A stretch of DNA of 64,000 bases from Bigelowiella natans CCMP2755. Its lineage: Eukaryota; Protista; Cercozoa. Positions 26,201 through 39,183 of the stretch are shown piece after piece. How positions within the stretch are numbered: the first letter of the stretch is position 1; every line of letters begins with the position of its first letter. The position numbers were made by a program, and so were the translations under genes. The notes below the pieces were generated by a model. It saw only the letters and a program-made list of their open reading frames with translations, did no database searches and was not told the DNA's origin. The stretch lies in the NCBI GenBank assembly GCA_000320545.1, contig ADNK01001015.1, positions 1-64,000 on the forward strand, in the 5' to 3' direction.

Positions 26201-28916
26201 TGAGAGGAGATACTGGTGGCGTTGGTAGAAGGGGAAGTGCCATTTACTCGCATAATTTCTGCACGTAACGTTGAAGTAGATAGTACTGATACTTTTCTAG
26301 AGAGTACTATCTGCCAGAGAAGACCAAGAGTATCACGCTGCTTGCCGTCCACGATACCTGCGTGTGATATTCGTAGGAGGCAATGGTTATTACTCGAGGA
26401 AGAAGTAACCGAAGTAGCAGCAGAACCCTTGTCACAAACACTTATTCCAGCCTTCTGCAGGAGTTTCAACGCGAGCTTCACGTTATGAACCTTTCGAAGT
26501 CTTGAAGTAGCGGGGAGCCTCAAAGATGTCTGCATCGTAGATTTGATCTCAGACGCAACTTCTTGGTTAGAAGCGGAGAGATATGCAACTCGACACAATC
26601 GCACGCCATCACGAAGGTCAGTTTGAAGACATTCAAAACCGAATTTGTACTCCTCCAGTGGCGTCTGCTTGTATGAGAAGGAGATGTTCATCATACCCAA
26701 ATGTCTCACCAAATTCCCTTCGCCAGCTAGAAGTTCTTTTGCAAGAATGCCACATAGATCTGCAGAAGATTTGAAAGGTGACTCAAGATTGAACAGGGTC
26801 ACGTCGGAATCCCCAAGGAGATTATGGTTCTTCGCTTTCTCAAGGAAAACTACCAGTTGTAAGACTTTTTGGATAATCTTCCTCCCGATTTCTGGAATGT
26901 AGGATTCAAATTTCCGTGCAGCCACTGATTGTCGCCCGTCACTTAGCTGCAACCTTTCTGTGCATCTTGCAGCTATCTCTTTGTCATCCAGAAGGTACTG
27001 CTTCATGCAACCTCTTAGAACGCTTTCAGTCATAGATTTAAAAGGTATCTTAGATCTGGGAACATTGCAATCTACTCCTAATTCAAGTATAGTTTCTAAT
27101 CCAATTCGAAGCCATACAAGATTATAATTGCAGAGAGTGTCAAGGAGCCACTTTCTTAGTCCCACGTCAGCATGGATTTCCCTGTCAGTCCTTACACGGA
27201 TGTTCCCCCTTTCTACTTCTCTCTCTATTTTTTGCATGGCTGGGAAAACTTCAAATGACTGGTACAAATTAAATGCCGCAGCGCGTAATTTTGCATGCTG
27301 ACGCATCTGCAGAAGCCTTGCGACTGTTGGGACGCCCTCCTCTTTTGAATCCGAAGTTGTTGATGCCATTTTCGGCTCTAGAATGTTGTTAAGGAAAACC
27401 GTAAATCCCAACTCCTAATAACAAATACAAGTAGGATCTTCGTCACATAATGTAATATAGATTAGATACCTCCTCAATAAAATATTAAACGCAACAAATG
27501 TGTTGGGCTTGAATGACACCTGTTGAGCGAAAATGTCGGCTTTCTTTCCAAAAGTTGTAGTTGCCGATTTTGTAGTGGCCTTTTTTCTTCCTCGCTTCAA
27601 GTGAAGTTGATGTTTTGATCGATTAGTAATTCCTTTTGACTTTCTTAGTTTTATTGTCTTCGGTTCCTGCGACTTCGCCCTCTTGATCTTTTTCATAGAG
27701 ACTACAATCTTTGACTTTTTCTGTGGTCTAGACATACCCCTCCTTTTCTTCTTGATCGCTCCATCCTTTACCTCCTAAAATTTCAAAATTATTATACAAT
27801 ATAAATGCACTAAAAGTAAAATTTTACCTTATTTTCCATTTGGTACTCCTGTGCTTGCTGAGCCAGTGATGTAGGATTTGTGTTCTCCTTCTCGAGAGTT
27901 TTGTCATTAGGATCGGCGGCAAGTATGTTCGCGATCTCTCCCAAAACCTTTTTAGAAACTTTTCCAGAGGATATGGAGGGTCTCCTAAGACACGTTAGAG
28001 TATGCATAAGGCATATATAAACACTGATGCACATTAGTATCATTAACCCATAAGCAGTGCCGATTAGAATCAACTGTAGGGGGAAGCGAGAGTTGAGCTT
28101 TAAGGTAGCTGATACCCGGACCTATTTGAATGAATAAGTTGTAATGCGATTTTATGAGGATTGGGTTGGGTTTACACACGTAAATAACAATATGAAACGT
28201 GCCCTCTCTAATCACTGCCAATACAAGTCGCAATTGTTACTTTACTGACCGATTTGGGTTCTGGTTTCTTTTGGCGCTTACCCTTTTTCTTTCGGTGACA
28301 GCTAGGCTCAATTTCTCTATCAAAAAGAAAAAGATATTTGATCTGTGGCTGGTCTGGTATGTTGAAGGCATAAATCAAAATACCCTTGTGGATTCCATGT
28401 GATATCGATAGTTTCCGACGACTTCTGTTCAACAGTAATCGAGGTTTCGGAGAAGAAAAACTTCCTGCTTTCAAGGGTCCTAGTATATTTAAAAATAATA
28501 AAATTATACTGAGTATAAAGAAGACAGAGTGAAGTTTCATCAAGTACCGATCGAGTGTCAATGACTTTTTGGTAGAAGTTGGATTTTCAACTGTCAGCTA
28601 ATAACAAGAATAAATAGCTCATTTCGATGTGCATCAATATGCAAAGTACATATCTGAATAATCATCCAAACCTTCAGAGTTTTCGACGAACCGCGACGAA
28701 CTTTTCCAAAATCTAGTATTGGGGGTTTTGCAAAATGTTCGAGGCGAAGCACCGGGGCCTTGTCATCTTGATTTTCGTTCGAAGGTGCACGGATCCGCTA
28801 TATTATGATAGTATTGAGAACGAATATAGACCAATGGAAACAAGAAGATAGGGTTTTGATACCTTACAAGCAGACCCAGGACCAAGAGGGTTATTCGTGA
28901 ATATTAGGTTCTCCAT
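21704..28916 (-). CDS. ASPM: Abnormal spindle-like microcephaly-associated protein homolog (ASH domain, calponin-homology domains, IQ repeats, helical C-terminus); 3' end approximate
   Basis: LRLEHFAKPPILDFGKV..LTVENP (ASH); DVGLRKWLLDTLCNYNLVWLRIGLE; GEGNLVRHL; DLRDGVRLCR; PATSRLRKVHNV; IVDG..TLGLLWQI; LLLEWA..NFTHSFADGRA; multiple IQxxxRGxxxR motifs; C-terminal NSVGARMKSALEILL. Confidence 0.95.
24691..25440 (-). repeat. Coding 48-bp tandem repeat (EEAERKAK-EEAERLAR, about 14 units) containing a 357-bp higher-order duplication
   Basis: Unit ttccttagccttgcgctcggcctcttctcttgc(g/a)agtctctcagcctc; the anchor ttgtatgaagatagcagcc recurs at 24691 and 25048. Confidence 0.95.
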
Positions 28917-29427
28917 TACTTACTTACCTACATTAGCAGAAAGCAAATCTTGAATTAGATCGCAGAATTAAAAGCCAAATTTTCGGAGGAGAAAACTCAT
29001 TAAGTTTTTTATCGTTATATTTTCTCTTGGAAAAGCTGAACTGTTAAGAGAGAAAGAGAGAATGAAGAGAAGGGGGAGGGAAACGAGGCATCGCACAAGT
29101 TCCATCAAGTTGCTTGCCTGTTTCAGATTTAAGTACGAATGTGCGACTACCCTGTTGTGAAGAAATTCGTAAGATGAGGGCAAAAAGGGGGAACGTCTTG
29201 AATTTAAAAATGTCTGTGAGTAAAAATGCAAAGCTGATAAGATGCGGAAGTTTCTTCGTGGAAAACTCGACCACCAACGGATAGGTATTTCATACATTAA
29301 AATATCGGTTAATGTTGGATTGCAGGAGCAGAGTGATTTTGTAGAGATGATGTCGCAGATTCAATTCCGTCGGAATTTAGGTCAAGTCTTTCAAGTTTCT
29401 CCACAGAAAATTAAAAATTCGCTGGCA

Positions 29428-30219
29428 ATGGCTGCCAGGAAGAGCCACAATAGGAAAAGGAGCCGTAAAGTGTGAGCCAGCAGAGTACAAAGATAGAAGG
29501 CTGTGGATTCAGGAAGCGAGAGCTGCACCCATTCAGAAATGCTATTTGAGAGCGAGAAAATTCGATCATCAAGCAGAAAACGTGTCTCAGTTCTCAGCTC
29601 AGCAGCCTTATTACTTGTGGCTGTCCTTTGGGTATGTAACTCTGAATAAAATGCTTATGATTGACTTGGGCTTTTTTTATGTAATAATTGTTTCCTTAAA
29701 TACAAAGTGTTGGACACCAGTGGGACTGTCACATGAGAGCCGACAGCTTAGGTCTGCCACTGAAACGTCCAGAACACCAAATACCATCCGTCGGCACTTA
29801 CTTCATCTCTGGGATTGGATGGTTCCGCACAGCTGTCTTGTTAGGGAGTCTCCTTCAATTCTCTCAGGTCTAGATATGGGTGATATTCCAGCGCTTCATA
29901 CAAGCGATGATGTTAAAGATGACCCGAATCTTGAAAAATCGATTCAAAAGGATCTTGACGTGTCAACTAAGACAACAAAAATTAAGGATGAACTTTCCTC
30001 CAGAAGGCTGTATATGCCTGTTGCTTCTCCAAACCCGCGCAAACCCCGTTGGGCCCGATACAAAAAACAAGATCACCAGGAAGACCAAGAGTTTTTTGGA
30101 GCAATTGAGAACTGCTCTCCCTCAGCCCGAACGTAATCCTTCTCATCTCTTAAAACTATATTTATCTTGATGATTCTTGGTTTTGCAGGGTAACATGGCG
30201 AAAAATGCGTCCAGTGTGA
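29428..30219 (+). CDS. Small hypothetical protein with hydrophobic signal/anchor followed by an S/T/R-rich segment
   Basis: Plausible splice path MAARKSHNRKRS / QMLFESEKIRSSSRKRVSVLSSAALLLVAVLW / CWTPVGLSHESRQLRSATETSRTPNTI / RLDMGDIP...SPSART / VTWRKMRPV*. No family recognised. Confidence 0.55.
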
Positions 30220-30759
30220 AAGGCAATAATAGAGTAGAATTAAGGCACATTAATATAGAATAAACTTGTGGAGGCATTTAGAACTTTCACTAGTCAATTA
30301 GTTAAATAAAGTATGTTTAACATACGATACTAGACACAAAACATCGATGTAAATAAATGAAGATTACAATATCAGAAAGATAGCATATTCTCTATTATAT
30401 ACAAAATACATAATTTCAGAAAAATTAGAAGACAAGTAAAATATAGATCTGAGTCAACGGAGAACTTATAGAAAAACCGTTGTTGAAACATCCGCGTGAG
30501 CCCCGGTACATGCTGGTATCTATGTGTTGGAACGTAAAGTTTACGTTGGATTATCATAATATTTGTGTATCTCGTTTTAACTCTTATCTGCGAACCAATC
30601 TCCTGTCTGCTCCTCGTCATGCTTCGTAGACAGGCTTGTGTGTACGACGACAAAGAGATATGTACAGTTATGTACACACGAACGCCAACATGTAACAATG
30701 ATACATCATATAAAATATCTGTGATTTGTGCATGGCTATATAGAGTAGATTAAGCTCGA

Positions 30760-31316
30760 CCTCGGAGGCTACATAGCTAGATAGTAGCTATATGACGATA
30801 CAGCAATTTATCGAGTTGTGTTATTGCTAAAACAATCAATATTAAATCACAACGCCGCCATTAGCTAGCGCTAGAGCGTAGCGTGCGAGTGCGCACCCTT
30901 GTGTCTAGTAGCGCATATGTTAGTGAAAACACAATATATATGTATAGCATATGGACTCCAGAACTGCTGCGCGCAGTGCGCGGCAACATCGGTCGCATGA
31001 GGACGCTTTCAATTGCATGAAGCACGTGGTGGCAGAAACCAACAGATGTAACATTAGCGCTGTAGCCGCTGCATTGCACAGCTACATCAGGATGACCATT
31101 GAAAAAATTTAATTCTTCATTACATCCGTCTCATATGTATAGCAATCGATCATGGGCAACAGGAATGCCAAAGCTAAAAGATTGACGCAAGATATGCTGA
31201 AATAGAAGCGCGCATTGCTGATGCACTCAAGTACCGACGAACAATACGCGTGCATGCAGCACGCCATGCAAATAGCACAATAACAGACGACGTAATATTA
31301 TTAAAATATTATATAT

Positions 31317-31356
<40 letters not shown>

Positions 31357-31560
31357 TTATATCACATTACTATGTCTATGATGAATACTACGCTGGTATG
31401 TCTATAATCACACATGCCTTAAGCGACATGTAGCAATGCTTTATTTGCATGTATGTAAGAGCCCGGCTAGCCGGTATACTAAACTGTTACTACTATGATT
31501 ACATTAGCTGTATGAATGGCCTTCGTCGTCGCTTAAAAGCATGCTGGTTACATTGTTGTT
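30760..31560. repeat. CTAG/CATG/TGCA-rich intergenic island 4 (convergent gap)
   Basis: agctagcgctagagcg, gcatgca and similar words; contains dispersed element copy A. Confidence 0.65.
31072..31139 (+). repeat. ~65-bp dispersed element, copy A
   Basis: cattgcacagctacatcaggatgaccattgaaaaaatttaattcttcattacatccgtctcatatgta. Confidence 0.88.
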
Positions 31561-31738
31561 CTTGAGTTTAATGTCTATATGTAAAACTGTAAGCTATGCT
31601 ATCTAAAGTGACTATAAACCATTTATTCTGCTTTGTCATTTGCCATCTTTGTACTAATCAAACTAGTAACTTAAGTCACCACCAAGGACTCGTAGCTCAA
31701 AGAGGCTATTGGTTGCTTTATAGCTTAGGAGAAATCGC

Positions 31739-32952
31739 TCACTTACGCTTTTTCTTCCCGTTTCGCCCTTTCTGAAACCACAAGTACAGAATCCCTTGAA
31801 ATGGGTGTAAATTTAGTAAAATAAATAAGTAACCTCCTTTTTCTTCTTCTGTTTCTTGGTCGCAGCACCCATCAGATTATCCAACGCCGATTTTTTCTGC
31901 GATTTTGCATCGATTTAGGCTATAAACATGACATGAGTAATACGTTTCAACCTTGAATGGTCTCTTCAAATCTCCGTAGGGAGAATGTTGCAAGATGTAA
32001 ATGCGAAACTAATTCAAAGACACAATTAGCGTTCATCTCCAGAAATGGTTCGTTAATTTCTGACCAACGCGTTGTCTGGCTTGTTAAGAAGCGCCATGAG
32101 CACCGACATCACCATCGGAATAGGTACACCCCATTGTACGTGAATCAACACAACAAAAAATGTTTGCATCACCTAAAAAAAGAGTGAATAAGACGAGATT
32201 TCATGAAGAAATCTTCAGGATGAACCATCTGCTTAAATTCTGCCATCAGAACTCGAAGATCGTATTCTGCGAAGAAAAATAATTAGATAGAATTTTCAAC
32301 TTAACGAATAGGAATGAACCTCCATGTGATAATTTTTCTTTTGGTGAGTTCTCTTCCTCTTCTTCCACACCAAGCATCTTCGCAAGAGGGTTAGGGGGCT
32401 GTAAATCTTTCTCACTCACCTACAACAGTAGCAGAAATACTTTAATTTGAGATACACCACAAATGTCTGCGCAATGATACCATAATTGTGTCCTCGCTCT
32501 TGTTTCCAACGATTCGGAAGTACAACATTCCGTAAATGATCAACTAAATTAAATTAACTTTCAATATTTCTTAAATTTTTCCATTACACAAACGTTCTCA
32601 CCTCTATGGCCTTGCCAAATACGAAGAACCTTCTGGCCCACTAACACGTGTGGTTTAATTCAGCTAGATGAATTTCAGATCATTTGGTATATTACCTGAA
32701 TGTTTTCCTCATTTTTGAAGTCAACACTATTCCTCATGACTAACCCCACCAAAAGAGGTATTATCATCTGATTTCGAATTGAAACGTAGGTGAGATGAGT
32801 AGTATACGGGGGAAAGGAGGCAAGTACGGTCAGCAGTATCAATTAGAAAATTATTACATGGTATAAGTGTTGAAGTCGTCACTATTATTACATGATCAAC
32901 TAATTTAGTAACTACGACTAATCGTTACCGTAAATTTGAAGCCTCCAGACAT
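31739..32952 (-). CDS. PHO88: Pho88/SND3 family ER membrane protein (SRP-independent targeting), short exons, missed by the ORF track
   Basis: MSGGFKFT / MIIPLLVGLVMRNSVDFKNEENIQ / WARRFFVFGKAIE / LIIYGMLYFRI / EYDLRVL / FFVVLIHVQWGVPIPMVMS / FRIYILQHSPYGDLKRPFK (family motif GDLKRPF) / Lys-rich tail. Confidence 0.85.
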
Positions 32953-33978
32953 ACCTGGTGTCAATCACTTCGATCACCTCAATTCCCAAACGCTTCAGAT
33001 TTTGTTCCTTTCCTTTCTCCCCCCCGCTTTTGAAATTGAGGTTGACAATCCCAGAAGTGAATGTTTATGGCGGCACTCTGCTTCGTGTTGCTCAAGGCTT
33101 CCTGCAAATGGACTCGGGGAGAAATAGGAGCTCTGTTTATTGTGTAAGATCCACATTACAGCTCGTGTGTACTCCAGAAAGTTGCTAATGCCCGTATTGC
33201 TGTTGCGACCAAGAAATGAATGTCGTTATTCGTAAATTACAAAGCATTTGTAACTTTCCGTCCACAAACGGGGTAGTTTTATTTCTTAAAATGCCCTCGT
33301 TGTCGCTAAATCATAATCGAAGTTCAATATTCTCAAAACGACATATGATTGTATTAGTCGCACGGGATATTTTATGTACTCCGGCTGCACGGGAAAGGTG
33401 AAGGTCCACGAAGTGCGACAGGGTGCGATAGGACGAAATAGATACCAGAACTCTCCGCAAACGATTAACACAAAATTCTCCGGTGCACTCGAATGAACTC
33501 CTATCCATCAAAAACTAGTGAGCGCTGAAACAAAGGCAATATGTTCTCTGCGACATGATTAAAATGAGCTTTTTTGGCAACAAGTTCTAGTCGACTCGTG
33601 GCAGAGCAGCAGAGCAGCAGATCCGACGACCCCAACGAGCATCGCTGCTGGATCATCCCACTCTCCAACCTCTGGCAGGCAGGCAGGTGCGTCCCACGAA
33701 TCAGTGGGAAATCAAACACACGAAACTTTGATGCTCATGAAATCATAGAAAATCCTGTGTGGAAAGGATCTGAGTTTTGGATCGCTGCTTTCAAGGATCT
33801 TCCTCAAATCAACCTCCGATTGTCTGCACACTCGATCTATTCTGCACTGAGAATAATTTTACGGCTATGCTCTAAGATAAAAATCGTTTTGAATAGTTGG
33901 ATTGATTGCCAAAAAAATCACCTGTGGTTGAATGTTCTTTGTTTCCATACCGGAAAGGACAGGCGGGAGGGAGCGAGA

Positions 33979-34725
33979 ATGTCGTCGATGTTTTTCTGGA
34001 GAGTCGTTAAGGCGTACGACCGTGCACTGGTCACGCGTCCTCTCTTTACGAAGGTTGATAACCTGATTCGAATTTTATCAAAGATTCCTGTCGTTCAATT
34101 CAAGCATCCTGATATCCGTATGAGAGGAATTTATCTTCAAAAGACAGTACCTCATACATTACCACCATAACTTTATTAGTGCACGTCCAGTGTTCTTATT
34201 CTGACGGCGGCCGATATGGTCCGGCAGTACTATGAACATAAAAATATACTAAAGAGCCACATGGAAGAGATACAGTCGACCAAATCGCCACCCCTTGAAG
34301 CATGGTTTGACAGCCAGAGGTAAGAAGAAATATTTCCTCAGCTGCTGTTTATATGAAGAGGTTGGAGCTTAGAGAACAAAGGGGTAGATTACGAGACTAC
34401 CGATGATAGCGTGTAACATAAATGTTTTTTTGGTTTCAACTAACCTGCCCAGGACGATGCGCATGGCTTTATGGGGCGCTACGGTGCATCCGCTTGCTGT
34501 ACACTACTGGTAAGTTGCAACAAAATTCACGGTTAACTACAACAACAGCAGCATGATCCAGAAGGCTAGGTAGATCAACTAAGTAATTACCACCGGCTCC
34601 TTCTCCTCCTCCTCCATGGTATGTAGGTTCAACAATTTAGAGAGATGGTTAGGCCCAAACCCCGTTGGAGCTTCCAAATCCGTGTTACTGCGCATGGCAT
34701 TCAGGAAGGTATGATGAAGATTATT

Positions 34726-34759
<34 letters not shown>

Positions 34760-35042
34760 GGCATAGCTCAAGCAGCAACCAACCACCACTTCCACCACCA
34801 TCATCATATCCACCACCATCGTCATATCTTCTGTGTTTGATGATGGCCGATTTATGATCGATCCCAGGTCGTAGTTGACCAGTTGATGTCAAGTCCTGTA
34901 TTTCTCGGCTCTTTCCTGGTAGAAACCCATGCTCCTCCTCCTCCTCCTCCTACTACTACTACTACTACTACTACTACTGCTACTACCACTACAGATCTGC
35001 CTGCCTAGCTACGGATCATAGATTACGAGCTACATATAAATA

Positions 35043-35079
<37 letters not shown>

Positions 35080-35087
35080 GCGTACAT

Positions 35088-35121
<34 letters not shown>

Positions 35122-35934
35122 ATGAACGCAGCTGATCATTTGAAATTCTCGTGAATAATGTGGGTAGGTTGTATTGATGTGTTGATAATGTGTGTTGCTG
35201 CTGCTGCTGTTCCTCCTCCTCCTCCTCAATAACATCACCACCATAATCAGGTATACTCTGCTTTAGGACAAGGAAAGACTCTCGAGGTAGTATGAGACGA
35301 TGATGATGATGTTGATGATGTTGATGACGATAAGACGTAATCTCTCCTTAGTATGCCTATTGTTACGAATATCATCCAATCTTAGTAACAACAGCTCGTG
35401 GTGATCGTGTCATCATCACATCTTGTCGTACTTATTACCAATGCCATTCATCGTTTGCAGGCATCCATAGATTCGTTCAAAGAGAACTGGTTCACAATGG
35501 TCAAGGTTCTCCTCCTTCGACTTGCTACTACTGCAGACCACAATGATGATGATGATGACGATGATGATGATGATATTGCATAGATATGCTAGCTGTAATC
35601 GACCAAAAAGGGTTGTTGTTGGTAGCGGTGGTTGTCATTGATGGAGATCGATGAAAAAAATGAGATGATCAATTTACTTATGCAAAATTATGGCGATTAT
35701 GAGAAAATGAGAGTCGAGGGAAACCCTTGATGTGATTCTCGTCGTCATCATCACCAAGTGAATAATAACATCAGGGAGGATGGTCTTGCTGGCCTCTTGC
35801 TCACATGATAAACTTTGCTTTTGTCCCGGTTCAATGGCGTGTTTTATATGTAAACTTCGTGCAGCTAGGTACTAGGCCTATGTGTGTGTTGTGTTGTGTT
35901 GTGTTGTGTTGTGTTGTGTTGTAACGTGTGTTTG

Positions 35935-35990
<56 letters not shown>

Positions 35991-37126
35991 TGTGAATGAT
36001 TGAGTCTACCATCATCCCGAATAAATGCATCTAAATCTAGCTCTAAAATTGATAATTTCTGCTTCTTTCCTATCTCTTGTCCTCGACTTTGCCATACTAC
36101 CACGCATACTGATTACTCTCTTCTTTTTGCTCCTTCTCCTTCAGGGTTCGGCACGTTCTTGTCCATGATGGGCAATAGCGGCGGTGGCGGAGTAGTCACG
36201 CCAATTGACAGTCTTTACCAAAGTAATAACACCTCTTACCTTCACCGTAGCGACGATGACTTGACACGTTTGTCTTTAATCAGAGGTGACCGGTAAAGAC
36301 GACGCCTTTGGAAATGTGGAGAGGTGGTGTATAACGGCTTCTTCGTGAAGCTAACTACTAGCTAGTGTTGTGGATGGCAGAAGTACCGTGCAGTGAGCAT
36401 CTTATCTCTCTTTATCTCCAACCTTTCTTTTCCTTTTATTCTCAATTAGCGTCGCATTGGCCATTGGCGGTTCGTGGATATTAGGGGGGGCAAGCATGGC
36501 ATACAACTGGAGGTCTTACTGCCCAAATCCACTATCATTCCATATAATTCATATTAATAATATTGGGATGGTGATGGTGGCATTGGGGGAGGGGAGGAGA
36601 AGATGATGATAACAGACGAGAGAGTTCATGCCTGTAGAGCTGCTGGGTTAAATCCATCTTCGATCGCTGGCTCCTCCATTGTTCATTTTTTTTTTCATCT
36701 TCTCTTTCTTCTTCTTCTTCTCCTTCTTCCCTACTGATCGTCGTCGTCGTCGTCGTCATCATCACCATCAGGCACGTGGGATTGACCGGTTTAGGATGCA
36801 GCTTAGTTTGGGGCAGCGCAGCCATTCTTGGTAGCAGCATGCGTAAAAGAATAATATCGATGAAGAAACGGTGATGATGATGATGATGATGATAATGTTG
36901 GTGATGTTGATGATGATGATGGTGATAACTTCACTGAGGTTGCTTGTTATGCTTAGAAATATCCGTTATAATGGAGCAAGATAGATTCTGGCGTTTTCAA
37001 CGGCATGGGGTACTACCGGTGGATAAAGCCGCGGCCTTAACTCATGGAGAAGAAGTCGAAGAAGAGAAAGAAGTAGGATCGTCGTCACTTCAGGATAACT
37101 CTACTATTGAAAAATACAATAATTAG
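33979..37126 (+). CDS. Mpv17/PMP22 family membrane protein with C-terminal extension
   Basis: YDRALVTRPLFTK / AADMVRQ / FDSQRTMRMALWG / HYWFNNLER / KVVVDQLMSSPVF / WSCWPLAHMINFAFVPVQWRVLYVNFVQLGFGTFLS, then further in-phase exons to TAG at 37124-37126. Confidence 0.92.
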
Positions 37127-37569
37127 TTCTTACCTTTCGCCGTCACCACACGCTGGGGGGCTGCCGCCTGAATTTTCAAAATAAGTGATGGGTGCAGTTG
37201 CTGTCTGTGAATAAATGAAAATAGTCCGCGTTGAAGGAGAACGCATGAAGATTGGAATATATTGATACTCAAGGCAGCTTCATCTGCGAGGGGAAGCTCG
37301 AGAAGAAAACCTCGATAGGTTTCTGTGGAAAAATGAGCCAACCGAAAGGGGAAACTGGCCGTGGTGGTGAACAGCAAGCTTCATCGGAAAATCTATTAAG
37401 AAGAAATTATTAGGAATCCTTTCTCCTGTACAACAACAACGCGGTGATCTGTTTGATACACAGAAAATGTAGATATGAATGAACCGACTGCCTCAATTAT
37501 CATGCTATTTTGATGGTGACAAACTTACAATTAAACATGGAATGAACGCCACTCACTGGTCAATTCCAT

Positions 37570-38051
37570 GATGTCAGTGAAAACATGCGTGAGTCAATAA
37601 CATTGTTCTGCGCATGGCATATTGTTGCGACTGTGAAATCATTGTGTAATAGCCATATTGCAGTCACATGCCTGAATCGCTCATCAGCATGCACTGGCGA
37701 ATGCACCATTCCCATGCTGGATAGTTTCTTATTTTGAACATAAGCACATGTAAATATGATGTAGGCGATCATAGACACACAAAAAAATGCCATATGCAAT
37801 ATCACGTTGTGTTGCTGTAATAACATGCTTAGCTACGCTCAGTTCCCAGTGGCTAGGCATTTGTTGCTTTGTGCGCACGCGCACAGATGGAATATCTCAC
37901 ACAGCTGCTGCGGCAAGCTTGTAGTTTTATGTGTCTAAGTGTGCATAGCATGCATGGATGTATGCCGTCATCATAGCATGTGCAATATGGCACTGCTCCA
38001 TCGTATCATTGGTTATAGGCGATGGCAGCACACTTATAACTATAGACACAG

Positions 38052-38092
<41 letters not shown>

Positions 38093-38530
38093 GTATGTCT
38101 ATTGTTATAGACATCTAGATATATGTACATTATAACATCGCGGAATTGCGCGACTTAGAGTCAAAACATCATGCAAGCGGGACTCTCGCTGTCTGCTATA
38201 GCGTTAAGTGCGGGCTTGCAAATGTTGCGTCGGCATTGTTGCTGCTGCGCCAACCTACGACCATCAATTAAAATGCTCATGGACATCCGCAGTGGATGCG
38301 CACTTGAATAACAATATAAGCATGCTCATCGTTACGTCATTGTGACGCCATCTTGATGACTCCTTCATGGTGATAACGATACTTCAGCAAATGTGAACGA
38401 CTAGACGATCCATGCTAGCATGCGCATACATCTTATGGGTGCTTGGTATTTCATTAACGATGATATCAGGCTCGTTTGGCCCAAAAATTAAATACGTCGC
38501 TGTGCAGTATTCCTCCACGTGGCCTGGACT
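37570..38530. repeat. CATG/TGCA/CTAG-rich intergenic island 5 (convergent gap)
   Basis: Dense gcatg, tgca, catgctagcatg words between the Mpv17 and RBR 3' ends. Confidence 0.65.
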
Positions 38531-38554
38531 AGTCGCAGCATTCATCTTCCATGA

Positions 38555-39147
38555 CTAAAAAATACGCACACACGGAATCGAACACCTTAGCACAACTACT
38601 TTGCAAACAAATGAAAAGGGGATGGGAGAACTCAGTTCTAAATACACTGCACCTAGGAGAGTAAGGCAGGGGCAGCATGGAACCATCAGTGCAAAACACA
38701 CCACGCGTGTGATCATCCTCTTGGTAAATCCAACCTGAAATGCGATAATGATGATGATTATGATGATAAAATCACGACTGAAATGCGATAATGATAAAAT
38801 GACGATGATGACGATAAAAATGATGATGAGGATGAGGATGAGGAGCATTGTATTCTTGCCCAGCAATGCTGATCCTATTTCTTATGAGACACTAGGCAGG
38901 AATCACACATATTTCCGTTTGAATGAATGCTGGCACATATACAATACATCGTTTAGAACCGGTTGTTCACTACTCAAACTATTTTCCAACAAACAATTAC
39001 CGGGTTGAATCTACAAAATTTGTCTCCGCAGTCGCACTCACAAGTCAAATAACCGCATGGGACCTGAGAGAAGCAACAAACAACATCACACAAAAGGTCA
39101 GAAATTGCTCTGTACTTCAATTACATTATATTTGGACACAGACACTT

Positions 39148-39183
<36 letters not shown>

